A DNA stretch of 53,294 nucleotides from Campylobacterales bacterium (GCA_011390245.1 JAABSR010000002.1:1-53294); one strand, 5' to 3'. Counted from the first letter of the stretch, positions 1 to 10,217 are shown. The notes: generated by a model from the sequence alone, not told the origin. Numbers and translations: made by a program.

Positions 1-1028
1 CTTGGGCACCATTTGTTGGGATGTTTATAGCTAGAGTTTCAAGAGGTAGAACTATTAGAGAGTTTGTTTTTGGTGTGCTTTTTGTGCCTGTTGGTTTTAC
101 ATTTATCTGGATGACAGTATTTGGCAACACTGCACTAGATGCGATACTAAATGATGGCTTTATAGCACTCTCAAGTGCAGTTTCAGATGATGTCTCAGTC
201 GCTCTTTTTAAGTTCTTGGAACACTTTCCACTCTCTGGTATTGTTTCAGTTTTAGCTATTATTTTAGTTGTTACATTTTTTGTAACATCCTCAGATTCTG
301 GCTCACTTGTAGTTGATACTATAGCAAGCGGAGGCAGAGAGAATAATCCTGTATGGCAAAGAATCTTCTGGGCAGTACTAGAGGGTGTTGTAGCTGCAGC
401 TCTTCTCATAGCTGGAGGCCTAGGAGCACTTCAATCAGCCTCTATTGTCATTGCACTCCCTTTTGCTGTAATAATGCTTATAGCTTGCTGGGGGCTCTAT
501 AGGGCACTATCACTAGAGAGCATAAGATATGAATCGCTTCAACATCATATGAATGCAGGAAGACATGGCAAAATAAGTGGAACTTGGCAAAACAGACTAA
601 GCAGGCTCATAGAGTATCCAAAAGTATTAGAGACAAGAAGATATGTAAATGAAGATATAAAAAATGCTATGGAGATAGTCAAAAAGGAACTAGAGGGCTA
701 CAATTGGGTGGTAGATATCACACACAACAAAGAAAATGCGGTTGTGACTTTTACAGTTGAACACTCAGGTGATTTTGATTTTGTCTATGAGGTGAGGGCT
801 AGAACCTATGATACTCCAACTTATGCATTTCCAGATATCATAAATCCTACAAAAGAGCAGAAAAAATATGCAAGAGCAGAGGTATTTTTGCAAGATGGAA
901 ACAAAGCTTATGACATATATGGATATGATATTGATGTAGTAGCAAATGACATTATAGATCAGTTTGAAAAACATAGACACTTTTTGCATAATACTTCTAG
1001 TCTAAATCCTGCAGTACCAATAGATTAG
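1..1028 (+). CDS. betT: BCCT-family choline/glycine-betaine transporter, BetT-like (5'-truncated by window edge)
   Basis: The frame is open from the window start (WAPFVGMFIARVSRGRTIREF, the BCCT signature). Also FFVTSSDSGSLV, several TM helices and a long BetT-type cytoplasmic C-terminal domain. Confidence 0.88.
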   Translation, partial: WAPFVGMFIARVSRGRTIREFVFGVLFVPVGFTFIWMTVFGNTALDAILNDGFIALSSAVSDDVSVALFKFLEHFPLSGIVSVLAIILVVTFFVTSSDSGSLVVDTIASGGRENNPVWQRIFWAVLEGVVAAALLIAGGLGALQSASIVIALPFAVIMLIACWGLYRALSLESIRYESLQHHMNAGRHGKISGTWQNRLSRLIEYPKVLETRRYVNEDIKNAMEIVKKELEGYNWVVDITHNKENAVVTFTVEHSGDFDFVYEVRARTYDTPTYAFPDIINPTKEQKKYARAEVFLQDGNKAYDIYGYDIDVVANDIIDQFEKHRHFLHNTSSLNPAVPID

Positions 1029-1069
1029 AAGATTGCATGTGTTAAATTTAAGTTTGATTTAAATTTGAA

Positions 1070-1075
1070 TATAAT
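1070..1075 (+). promoter_or_regulatory. Probable sigma70 -10 box for the nucleotide-sugar cassette
   Basis: TATAAT preceded by AT tracts, 20 nt before the TTG start at 1095 (SD AAGGGG at 1084-1089). Confidence 0.5.
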
Positions 1076-1094
1076 TAGTAAAAAAGGGGTTTCT

Positions 1095-2351
1095 TTGAGT
1101 GATATTATTAGTATTATAGGATTAGGGTATGTAGGACTTCCTCTGGCTGTGGAGTTTGGCAAAAATGAGAAGACTATAGGTTTTGATATCAACAAAGATA
1201 GAATAGAAGAGCTAAAAAGTGGTCATGATAGAACTCTAGAGGTGGAGAGTAGTGAACTAAAAAATACTCCATATCTAAGCTATACTGATAGCTTAGATGA
1301 GATAAAAGAGGCAAACATCTACATAGTCACTGTCCCAACTCCTATAGATATCTACAAAAAACCTGACCTCACTCCAATACTAAAAGCCTCAATAAGTGTA
1401 GGAAAAGTACTAAAAAAAGGAGACATAGTCATCTATGAATCTACTGTATATCCAGGGTGTACAGAGGAGGATTGTGTGCCTATTTTAGAGAGAGAGAGTG
1501 GGCTAAAATTTAATATCGACTTCTTTTGTGGCTACTCTCCTGAGAGAATAAACCCAGGCGATAAAGAGCATAGATTGCCTTCAATCAAAAAAGTCACTAG
1601 CGGAAGTACACCTGAGATTGCCAAAAAAGTAGATGAGCTTTATAAAAAAATAATAACTGCTGGCACTCACCTAGCAAGCTCTATAAAAGTAGCTGAAGCT
1701 GCAAAGGTGATAGAGAATGCACAAAGAGATGTAAATATAGCATTTGTAAATGAGCTCTCTTTGATTTTTGATAGGATGGGAGTAGATACGCTAGAGGTTT
1801 TGGAGGCTGCTGGGACAAAATGGAACTTTCTACCATTTAGACCTGGACTAGTTGGTGGTCACTGTATAGGAGTAGATCCCTACTATCTAACGCACAAAGC
1901 AGAATCGCTTGGATATCACTCACAAGTTATCCTCTCAGGAAGGAAAATAAATGACAATATGGGCGTTTTTGTTGCAAGTAAAATAGTAAAACTTATGATA
2001 AAAAACTCCCAAACAATAGATAAATCAAGGGTTTTGGTTTTAGGCATAACCTTTAAAGAGAACTGCCCTGATATAAGAAACTCTAAAGTTATAGATGTCA
2101 TAAATGAGCTAAAAGAGTTTGGTTGCAAAGTAGATGTATATGATAGCTGGGCAGATTCTAAAGAGGTCTTAAATGAATATGGATTTTCACTACTTGAATC
2201 ATTAGAGGGCAGAGAGTATGAAGCTATCTTGTTGGCTGTAGGGCATAAAGAGTTCAAAGAGATAGACATAAAATCGCTCAAAGCCAAAAAAGGTATCATC
2301 TATGATGTCAAAGGTTTCTTGCCAAAAGATCAAATAGATGGTAGATTGTAA
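1095..2351 (+). CDS. UDP-N-acetyl-hexosamine 6-dehydrogenase (TviB/WbpO-like nucleotide-sugar dehydrogenase)
   Basis: GLGYVG Rossmann motif, [33 protein letters not shown] (catalytic Cys), [11 protein letters not shown]. Start moved to TTG 1095 on the basis of the SD. Confidence 0.93.
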   Translation: MSDIISIIGLGYVGLPLAVEFGKNEKTIGFDINKDRIEELKSGHDRTLEVESSELKNTPYLSYTDSLDEIKEANIYIVTVPTPIDIYKKPDLTPILKASISVGKVLKKGDIVIYESTVYPGCTEEDCVPILERESGLKFNIDFFCGYSPERINPGDKEHRLPSIKKVTSGSTPEIAKKVDELYKKIITAGTHLASSIKVAEAAKVIENAQRDVNIAFVNELSLIFDRMGVDTLEVLEAAGTKWNFLPFRPGLVGGHCIGVDPYYLTHKAESLGYHSQVILSGRKINDNMGVFVASKIVKLMIKNSQTIDKSRVLVLGITFKENCPDIRNSKVIDVINELKEFGCKVDVYDSWADSKEVLNEYGFSLLESLEGREYEAILLAVGHKEFKEIDIKSLKAKKGIIYDVKGFLPKDQIDGRL

Positions 2352-2362
2352 GAGATTTGTAG

Positions 2363-2989
2363 ATGAAAAAAGAGATAGCAAAAAGGGCTTTTGATCTCTT
2401 CTTTTCACTTGCTATATTGTTACTATTTTTGCCTATAGTGATCATATCTTTTGTGGCTATATTTTTTGAGCTAATCTCTAGAGGGAGAATCTCTCCATTT
2501 ATCATAAGTGAACAAAGAATCTCAAGAGACAAACCTTTTGAGCTTTATAAATTAAATATGTATAAACCAAAAAGCCTAGAGAATTATAAAAAAAATAGTA
2601 GCCAATTCCAAAAATATGGAACTTTTTCATATCTCCAAAAAGATATAGATTCTATTCATGGCTTTGGCAAAATAATGAAAAAACTCTATCTTGATGAGCT
2701 AGGGCAGCTTTTTAATATCATAAAAGGAGATATGAGCATAGTTGGACCAAGACCTCTACCGCCTCTATATGAAGAGAACAAAGAAGATGTGAGAAAAATA
2801 CTAAAAGCAGGACTGGTATGTTTTGCCTCAAATGGATCAAAAAATGAGGGCTCAGTGCTTAGTGGCAAAATAGATGATAGAGAGTATCTTAGGATTTATG
2901 AGAGTGGAAATACAATAGAGCTTATAAAGACAGATCTAGTAGTGATGCTAGATGGATTTAGAGCGATGCTAAAAGCAAAGGGTTACTAG
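2363..2989 (+). CDS. Monotopic phosphoglycosyl transferase (bacterial sugar transferase, PglC/WcaJ-like), divergent
   Basis: KRAFDL N-terminus followed by a hydrophobic re-entrant helix; LDELGQLFNIIKGDMSIVGPRP catalytic signature. Confidence 0.85.
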   Translation: MKKEIAKRAFDLFFSLAILLLFLPIVIISFVAIFFELISRGRISPFIISEQRISRDKPFELYKLNMYKPKSLENYKKNSSQFQKYGTFSYLQKDIDSIHGFGKIMKKLYLDELGQLFNIIKGDMSIVGPRPLPPLYEENKEDVRKILKAGLVCFASNGSKNEGSVLSGKIDDREYLRIYESGNTIELIKTDLVVMLDGFRAMLKAKGY

Positions 2990-3017
2990 TGTCTTATATA
3001 CATAGAAATAGATATAG

Positions 3018-3782
3018 ATGAAAATTTTACTCAAATATGCTATCTCACTTCTTAGAGGAATCCCATTAGCATATCCCAAAATTAAAGAGCACAGCATATC
3101 TATAGAGGGTGAAGCTGGAATAAAAAGAGTTGTACATATTAGTGATCTTCACATAGGTGAATTTGCAACTCTTAAATTTTGTAAAGAGCTTATTAGAAGA
3201 ATTGATACTATTTTTCCAGATATTATACTTATTAGTGGAGATATGATTACTAGTAGAAAAAAGAGATACATAGATATATTTAAGATATTTAGTACTCTTA
3301 AATCAAAAGATGGAATATTCTTTGTAGCTGGGAATAGAGAGCTTGAGTGCTTCTCTCTAGTTGAGCTAAAAGAGCTATGCGAAGAGGTTGGCTTTAGACT
3401 TTTAGAAGATGAGGTAGTTTTGGTTGGAAATCTAAAAATAGCTGGGATAACAAATGGCGGTGAAAACCTGAAAAAGAATCTATCTAAAATATCTCCAAAA
3501 GAGGTAGATATACTCTTCTCACACCAACCAAAAAGTATAAAAGCAGCACTAAAACTTGGCATAAAAACCAAACTTTTTGTATGTGGACACACGCATGGGG
3601 GTCAGCTAAATCCTTTTGGCAAAAACTTGCTAAAAAAGCAAAATCAGCCCTACTTTAGCGGTATGTATTCAAAAGATAAGATGTTGGTATATGTAAACTC
3701 AGGAGTTGGCTCTACAGTAGTGCCACTAAGATTTCTCTCTACATCTGAAATCGCTTCTCTAAACATAGAATCTAAACCATAG
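3018..3782 (+). CDS. Calcineurin-like metallophosphoesterase (YkuE-like)
   Basis: SDLH, SGD, GNRE (in place of GNH), SHQP, CGHTHGGQ and YVNSGVG motifs. Confidence 0.85.
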   Translation: MKILLKYAISLLRGIPLAYPKIKEHSISIEGEAGIKRVVHISDLHIGEFATLKFCKELIRRIDTIFPDIILISGDMITSRKKRYIDIFKIFSTLKSKDGIFFVAGNRELECFSLVELKELCEEVGFRLLEDEVVLVGNLKIAGITNGGENLKKNLSKISPKEVDILFSHQPKSIKAALKLGIKTKLFVCGHTHGGQLNPFGKNLLKKQNQPYFSGMYSKDKMLVYVNSGVGSTVVPLRFLSTSEIASLNIESKP

Positions 3783-5601
3783 CATCACCTATCATCTGCT
3801 TTTTAAATCTAACAACCCTATCTCTCCCACTCTCCTTAGCTTTATAAAGTGCAATATCTGCAAATTTTATCCCTTTCCAAATCGTTGAGGCATCTTGAGG
3901 GAAAAGAGCAATTCCAATACTTATAGTTTTGCTAATCTCATCTCTGCCAGCTGAAAATTTCTTCTTTGAGAAGTGTATCCTAATCTTCTCTGCTATATCA
4001 TTTATCACCTCTACATCTGGATTGTAGAGTAACACTACAAACTCTTCACCACCAAATCTTATGGAGAGATCAGACTCTCTTGTGCACTCTTTTAGCGATT
4101 TGGCTAGGGAATTTATAACAACATCTCCGACATCGTGCCCATAGGTATCATTTACTGCCTTGAAGTAGTCAATATCAACCATCAGTATGCCATATACTGT
4201 TTTAGACCTTAGAGAGATAGAAGTGACACTCTCAATATACTCATCTAAAAATTTTCTATTATATAGCCCAGTTAGAGAATCTCTAAGAGAGCTCTCTTTT
4301 AGCATCTCTGTATATATATTATTTTGAGCTACTGGCTTTAGTGCGTCAAGATAGTTGAAAATTAGAGGGATATGATCTTTTATTTTTTGCAAAACTATAT
4401 GATCTTTTACTAAGATTGAGAGCAAAAGTGTGAAGTTTTGAGATACATGGTATTTTATATCTATAAATTTCTGCTCATTATTACAAACCAAAAGTGCTCT
4501 ATTTTCATCTTCATCTACAAAAAGCACTTTTGCATCATCTAATCTTTTGGATTCTATATCTATGTATAGCCAAAATTCACTCTCTTTTGGAAAAAGTAGC
4601 TCTTTGGTGTTATTTTTAGAATCTATCTCAACAAGTGCAAACTCTTCTAAATCAAATCTGTTTTTTACAAGAAAATAGAGCGATTCATACATCTTCTCTC
4701 TCTCATCTAGAACCTCTATAGTCTTTTTGAATTTATAGATATCTGCTAACTCCCAAATAATCTCTTTTGTTCTAATAAGAGGGTTTTTATTATAGACTTT
4801 TTCACTGTAGTTTAGAAGTATTGATATCTTTTTATCTATATCATCTACTGTATCTTTTAGCATCTCATTTAGTGAATTTAACCAAACAGCTACCTCTCCT
4901 GCTTCATCTTTTAGTTTAGTTTTTACCTTTTTGGAGTAATCACCCTCTTTTATGGCATGTATAGAGCCAATAAGTCCCTCATATAAAATCATATATGGCT
5001 TCATCAAGATATTTGAGATCAAAAGAGCAACAAGAAGGAGGGCTATTGAGATTAAAATAATCTTGACAATAGTATGTAAACCACTCTCCCTAACATCACT
5101 CACATCAAAAACCATAGAGATAGCACCTAGCACCTCTCCATCTTTTGCGTTATGGCACTCCAAGCAGTTTGGCAAACCCTCAGAGCTTGCAATATATGGA
5201 ATTGTCACTCTTAGTGTAACGCTCTGACTTGATTCATCTAGAATATTAAAAGCAACGCCGCTTTTTAAAACATCTAAATCTATACCATCTTTTGCTCCCT
5301 CATTCAAAATAGTACTTTTGCCAAATTGCTCTTCTACAGATTTAGATCTCACAAGCCAAAGATCTTTTACATTTTGAGAGTTTGTTATCTTTTCAAGAAA
5401 GTAGCCTCTTTTGTCCATGATACCATTAACCATGTGTGCAGTTAGCGAATCCCTTACAAATTCAGCGGTTAGTTTTGATTTATCTTTTGCAGATTCTATA
5501 CCAAGCTCTCTAAAGCTAAGAGCCACCATAGCGATAACTATAAATGTAAAAATTGAGAGAATTACGACTGGAAGTAGGGTTATTTTTCTCCTTAGAGACA
5601 C
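3772..5601 (-). CDS. Membrane diguanylate cyclase: TM, periplasmic CxxCH sensor, TM, HAMP, GGDEF
   Basis: Two TM helices flank a domain containing CLECH. DSLTGLYNR, DIDYFKAVNDTYGH, RESD I-site and GGEEF active site are intact. Confidence 0.9.
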   Translation of the reverse strand: MSLRRKITLLPVVILSIFTFIVIAMVALSFRELGIESAKDKSKLTAEFVRDSLTAHMVNGIMDKRGYFLEKITNSQNVKDLWLVRSKSVEEQFGKSTILNEGAKDGIDLDVLKSGVAFNILDESSQSVTLRVTIPYIASSEGLPNCLECHNAKDGEVLGAISMVFDVSDVRESGLHTIVKIILISIALLLVALLISNILMKPYMILYEGLIGSIHAIKEGDYSKKVKTKLKDEAGEVAVWLNSLNEMLKDTVDDIDKKISILLNYSEKVYNKNPLIRTKEIIWELADIYKFKKTIEVLDEREKMYESLYFLVKNRFDLEEFALVEIDSKNNTKELLFPKESEFWLYIDIESKRLDDAKVLFVDEDENRALLVCNNEQKFIDIKYHVSQNFTLLLSILVKDHIVLQKIKDHIPLIFNYLDALKPVAQNNIYTEMLKESSLRDSLTGLYNRKFLDEYIESVTSISLRSKTVYGILMVDIDYFKAVNDTYGHDVGDVVINSLAKSLKECTRESDLSIRFGGEEFVVLLYNPDVEVINDIAEKIRIHFSKKKFSAGRDEISKTISIGIALFPQDASTIWKGIKFADIALYKAKESGRDRVVRFKKQMIGDAMV

Positions 5602-5616
5602 TTTTAAGACTCCTCT

Positions 5617-7428
5617 CTATTCAACTGTTACACTTTTGGCAAGATTTCTTGGCATATCTACATCATTTCCAAGTCTAATAGAGACCTCTAGTGCAAATAG
5701 TTGTAACACTACCATCATCTCAAAAAACTCGACCATGTAAGAATCACTATTTTGAATATAGATCATATCATCAGCACTATCAATACAAATAGGCGATATA
5801 GCAGCAATTGTTGCATCTCTGGCTGCAATCTCTTCTACATTGCTTTTGATCTTCTCAAAAAGGAGATTTTTTGGCATCAAAGCTATAGTAAAAAGCTCAC
5901 TATCTGCTAATGCGATAGGACCATGTTTCATCTCACCAGCAGGATATCCCTCAGCGTGAAGATAGCTAATCTCTTTGAGCTTTAATGCACCCTCTAGTGC
6001 CAGAGGGAAAAATATGTCTCTTCCTATAAAAAAGAATCCATGTCCATGCAAAAATCTTTTTGAAAGCTTCTTTAGTCGCTCATGCAACTTCTCATCAACC
6101 TTTGTAGAGGCAGCAGATTCTATCATCTTGTGTAGCTCTTTTTTTATATCACTCTTTTGTAGGTGACCTTTAAATTTTGCAAAAAAGAGAGAGAGCATCC
6201 ATAAAACCATGATCTGAGTAGCAAATGCTTTAGTAGATGCGACACCTTTTTCAATGCCTGCACGAGTTAGTATTGTAAAATCTGCAAGCCTAACTATTGA
6301 GCTATTATCTACATTGCAAATTGCTAATGTTTTTAGCCCAGATGCTTTTGCAATCTTTAAAGCCTCTAATGTATCAGCTGTCTCTCCACTTTGTGAGATA
6401 ACTACAAAAAGCTCACTCTCTTTGAGTATTGGCTCTTTGTATCTAAACTCACTAGCGATCTCTACATGTGTTCTTATTTTTGCTATCCTCTCAAGCAGAT
6501 ATGAACCAGCAAGAGCTGAGTGATAGCTTGTACCACATGCACAAATTTTTATCGATTCTACGCCTACTAAAATACCAGCATCAAACTCCTCAAAAACTAT
6601 ATCATGCTCTAAAACTCTGCCCATCATAGTCTCTAGCAATATTTGATGCTGCTCATATATCTCTTTTTCCATAAAGTATCTAAAGCCATCTTTTTGGGCA
6701 AAAGTCTTATTTACATGAAGCTTTTTGAACTCTGGATTTAACTCTTTAAAATCTAAGAAAAATTTCTCTTCACTGTTTGTAGCATATCCATACTCACCAT
6801 CTTCAAGATATACCACTTCACTTGCACTTCCAATCAAAGGTGCATCTGAGGAGGCAAAATAGATTCCATTTTCTCCTTTTCCATAAATAAGCGGAGAGCC
6901 ATTTTTTGCAAAATAGATAGTCTCAGGACTATTTTTTGTAATCAACAAAATAGCATAGGCTCCCTTCAAAGAGGAGATTGTCTTCTCAAAAGCGACTAGA
7001 GTATTTTTGTGCTCTTTTAGATTCTCCTCAAAAAGATGTACAATAACCTCTGTATCTGTTTGTGATAGAAATGAACAACCCTTTTTAGTAAGCTCTTTTT
7101 TTATCTCAGAGTAGTTCTCGATGATACCATTGTGCACAACATAGCTAAACTCGGCAAAATGTGGGTGAGCATTTGCCTCTGTAGGTTTTCCATGAGTTGC
7201 CCATCTAGTGTGTCCTATGCCTATTCCAAAGGTATCTCCACTACTATACTCTTTTGCCTTCTCTCTTAGATTTTCAAGCTTTCCAGTAGCTTTGTAGATG
7301 GAGAGATCACTCTCTTGAAGTATAGCAATCCCAGCAGAATCATACCCTCTATATTCAAGCTCGGCCAATCCATCTAGAAGTCTATTTTTTATATCATCTT
7401 TTCCTATGTATCCAACTATTCCGCACAT
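5617..7428 (-). CDS. glmS: Glutamine-fructose-6-phosphate aminotransferase
   Basis: MCGIVG, LEYRGYDSAG, GHTRWATHG, SQSGETAD, C-terminal PRNLAKSVTVE. Confidence 0.98.
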   Translation of the reverse strand: MCGIVGYIGKDDIKNRLLDGLAELEYRGYDSAGIAILQESDLSIYKATGKLENLREKAKEYSSGDTFGIGIGHTRWATHGKPTEANAHPHFAEFSYVVHNGIIENYSEIKKELTKKGCSFLSQTDTEVIVHLFEENLKEHKNTLVAFEKTISSLKGAYAILLITKNSPETIYFAKNGSPLIYGKGENGIYFASSDAPLIGSASEVVYLEDGEYGYATNSEEKFFLDFKELNPEFKKLHVNKTFAQKDGFRYFMEKEIYEQHQILLETMMGRVLEHDIVFEEFDAGILVGVESIKICACGTSYHSALAGSYLLERIAKIRTHVEIASEFRYKEPILKESELFVVISQSGETADTLEALKIAKASGLKTLAICNVDNSSIVRLADFTILTRAGIEKGVASTKAFATQIMVLWMLSLFFAKFKGHLQKSDIKKELHKMIESAASTKVDEKLHERLKKLSKRFLHGHGFFFIGRDIFFPLALEGALKLKEISYLHAEGYPAGEMKHGPIALADSELFTIALMPKNLLFEKIKSNVEEIAARDATIAAISPICIDSADDMIYIQNSDSYMVEFFEMMVVLQLFALEVSIRLGNDVDMPRNLAKSVTVE

Positions 7429-7484
7429 ATATTTCTAAACCTTTATTTGTATTAACAACCAACAAAAAAGCAGAATTGCTTACG

Positions 7485-10004
7485 CTATTTTGTCGCTACA
7501 ATCCTGTTCACTACTCTATCCCAATTATTCCAAAAGTTTCTATTTTTTTCTATTAAAAAAGTATCCATTACCCTATCATTGTAGGTGTGAACTTTTGCAG
7601 CAACAATCTCTATTCCATATTCATCTAAAAGTGAAGCGATATATGCCAAAAGACCTTTTTGGTTTTTTGTGCTCAAGATAAATTCTGCAAGCTCTTTTGA
7701 GTGATTTTGGTTTATTTTGATACCTCTTTTTGAGATTTGGGGCTTTATAAGTTTTGCCTTTTTGCTCATATCAAAACTAGAATCTATCAACTCCTCTATA
7801 CCTAAAACATCAATATCTTCTATCACCTCATCAAAATCTATCCTAAAATACTTCTTGCCGCCAAAAATTTTGAAAATATCCATAGAAGCGATACTAAAAT
7901 TTGAGAGCCTCCCTAGAAGATATCCAAGATTTAGATCAATACCACGAATAATTTCAATAGTCAAAAAGTGCTCATTTCTTATCTTGTAATCATATCTACT
8001 AACCTCTTCTGCCATTTTTGAAATATTTATTATATCATCATTTTTTAGTTTCAAGAAGAACATATTTGATTTTATAGAAACAATCTTTTTTTGCAAGTTT
8101 ATTGGCAGGGATAAAAACTCACTACCTTTTTTTAGATTCTCAACCCTTCTTATTCTTTTTTGAGTTTGGGTTAATAGTTCATCTTTATTCATAACCCCTA
8201 AAGCGTTATGGTATAGCTCAAAAAGAAGCTTCTCCAAAAACTTTGTAAATCTCCCCTCACTAACTCCGCTAACATCAGCATAAGTTAGTATAAAAAGCAT
8301 CTCTAGAAGCTCTTTTGAGCGGATTTTTGAGACAAACTCTAAAATAGTGTTCTCATTGTATATATCCTCTTTTTGGACAACTGAGGTCATCAAGGTGTGG
8401 TATCTAATCAAAATAGAACCCATATCTGCATGCTCAAGCTCAATTTTTTCTGCAAATTTTTTAAATATCTCCTCACCCACGATTGAGTGTTCTCTCTTTC
8501 TGCCCTTTCCGATATCGTGAAAAAAGAGAGCTATTTTTAGCATCGATCTTTTGTTGATATCTAGGTTTTGATATAGAGACTTTAAAAAGCTGTTTTGGAT
8601 ATTTTCTATGTGGTAGATTGAGTGAATTGAGTGCATATCAACTGGTAAACTATGGTACCCATCAAATTGTGGAAGGTAGAGCACCTTTTTAAAAGCTGGG
8701 ATAAAATACTCAATCAAATTTGCATCATAAAAAGCTTTTAGTATTGAGTATGTGTATTTTCTAAAAAAGAGTTTTTTGAAAGCTGTGTTTATATTTTTTG
8801 TTGATATTGCTGGTTTTTTTGCTCTTTTTAGCATATATATTGCTGAAGAATCAAAAGAGAACTCTCTATCTTCAAGCCTCAAAAGAAAATCTAGTATCTC
8901 TATTAAATTTATAGGTTCTAGATTAAATGAGCAGTAGATTCTATTCTCAAATTCAAATATTCCCTCTTTCAATCTAACCTGCTTTAATTTATATATATTT
9001 TTGGGATTATAAAAAAATCTCCTAGTGATTCGTGAAAGATTGATATCAGAGAAAAGATAGACTCTATGCATCGCCTCTAGTGCTCTTTTTGCACAATCAA
9101 TAACCCCTTTTTGATTCTCTTCAAAACCTAATTTTTTTGCAACTTGAGGCAAAATTTCTAAAACTAGCTTATCGCTCTTCTTTCTACTGCTTAGATGCAA
9201 AGCACTTCTTATACGAAAGAGAAACTCTAGATACCCTCTAAACTCTTTATACTCATCCTCCTTGAAAAGGATCTCTTGAAGATCGCGTAAACTTTTGACT
9301 TTATATATTGTATTACTTATCCAAAAGAGTGTATTTGCATCTCTAATACCACCATATCCCTCTTTTATATCAGGCTCCATAGAGTAGGGATATTTTGTGT
9401 GTCTCTTTTGGTACTCCTCTATCTTTTCTAAGGCATACTCTTTTTGATTTTCATTTCTTATCCTATTTAGTTTGGATTCTACCTCTACATATAGCACTTT
9501 TGAACCACATATAAAACGAGATTCGATCATTGCTGTTTTGATTGTGATATCTTCTCTGCTAGCATCTATTAGCTCTCCTACTTCATGAGCTCTATGACCA
9601 AGCTTCAATCCCGCATCCCAAGCGATATAAAAAATCTTTTTTATTATTGGCTCTATATTGTAGCCCTCTATCTTTTTATAAACAATCATCAAATCAATAT
9701 CAGAATACATAGCAAGCTGCTCTCTACCATAAGAGCCTAATGCAACAAGGGTGATTGGGAGTTGATTTGTCAAGGGTATGTAATCTTTGAAAAAAATTCT
9801 TAGAGAGGTTTTATATATTAGGTTTATAAATTTATCAAGCTCTTTTGTGTGGTGATATAAAAATTGCTTGCCTTGTGTTTTTTTAAATCTCTCCTCAAGT
9901 GAAGATAGATAGCTCTTTATCTCAACTTTAATAAGTTTTGAAATCTCAAAATCATCACAACTTGAATATAACTTATCCTCAACATCAATCTCTAAACTCA
10001 TCAA
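7485..10004 (-). CDS. glnD: PII uridylyltransferase/uridylyl-removing enzyme
   Basis: GSYGREQL..SDIDL nucleotidyltransferase motif, EPDIKEGYGGIRD, QFDGYH, HD domain (FHDIGKG) and a C-terminal ACT-like region. Confidence 0.88.
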   Translation of the reverse strand: MMSLEIDVEDKLYSSCDDFEISKLIKVEIKSYLSSLEERFKKTQGKQFLYHHTKELDKFINLIYKTSLRIFFKDYIPLTNQLPITLVALGSYGREQLAMYSDIDLMIVYKKIEGYNIEPIIKKIFYIAWDAGLKLGHRAHEVGELIDASREDITIKTAMIESRFICGSKVLYVEVESKLNRIRNENQKEYALEKIEEYQKRHTKYPYSMEPDIKEGYGGIRDANTLFWISNTIYKVKSLRDLQEILFKEDEYKEFRGYLEFLFRIRSALHLSSRKKSDKLVLEILPQVAKKLGFEENQKGVIDCAKRALEAMHRVYLFSDINLSRITRRFFYNPKNIYKLKQVRLKEGIFEFENRIYCSFNLEPINLIEILDFLLRLEDREFSFDSSAIYMLKRAKKPAISTKNINTAFKKLFFRKYTYSILKAFYDANLIEYFIPAFKKVLYLPQFDGYHSLPVDMHSIHSIYHIENIQNSFLKSLYQNLDINKRSMLKIALFFHDIGKGRKREHSIVGEEIFKKFAEKIELEHADMGSILIRYHTLMTSVVQKEDIYNENTILEFVSKIRSKELLEMLFILTYADVSGVSEGRFTKFLEKLLFELYHNALGVMNKDELLTQTQKRIRRVENLKKGSEFLSLPINLQKKIVSIKSNMFFLKLKNDDIINISKMAEEVSRYDYKIRNEHFLTIEIIRGIDLNLGYLLGRLSNFSIASMDIFKIFGGKKYFRIDFDEVIEDIDVLGIEELIDSSFDMSKKAKLIKPQISKRGIKINQNHSKELAEFILSTKNQKGLLAYIASLLDEYGIEIVAAKVHTYNDRVMDTFLIEKNRNFWNNWDRVVNRIVATK

Positions 10005-10106
10005 TATACCTCTGACACTAATTTGTAATATTAGCTAAAAAGATTTTTTTGTAACTATCTTGAAATAACTACTCTTTATAATTCACAAAACCAAAAAGGA
10101 GTAGCA

Positions 10107-10217
10107 ATGCAACCGCCAAAAGATGTATCATTTGATCCAAAAAAGCAGACTCACCAGATGCTAAAAGGGAGTAAAGCTATAAAAAAATTCCTAAAAAATA
10201 GAACTAAAGAGCTCTAA
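10107..10217 (+). CDS. Putative 36-aa basic small protein (MQPPKDVSFDPKKQTHQMLKGSKAIKKFLKNRTKEL)
   Basis: TATAAT at 10077-10082, SD AAGGAG at 10096-10101, ATG 5 nt later. It fills the gap between glnD and folB, and its stop overlaps the folB stop. Confidence 0.55.
   Translation: MQPPKDVSFDPKKQTHQMLKGSKAIKKFLKNRTKEL

Noticed and set aside
1487-1498. (AG)6 tract in the nucleotide-sugar dehydrogenase as a phase-variation switch
   Set aside because: It is short and encodes the ordinary LERES peptide using this genome's favoured GAG/AGA codons. A similar AG run occurs in essential glmS (about 6186-6196).
7429-7484. glmS ribozyme upstream of glmS
   Set aside because: Only 56 nt separate glnD and glmS, which is too short, and no conserved ribozyme core is visible.
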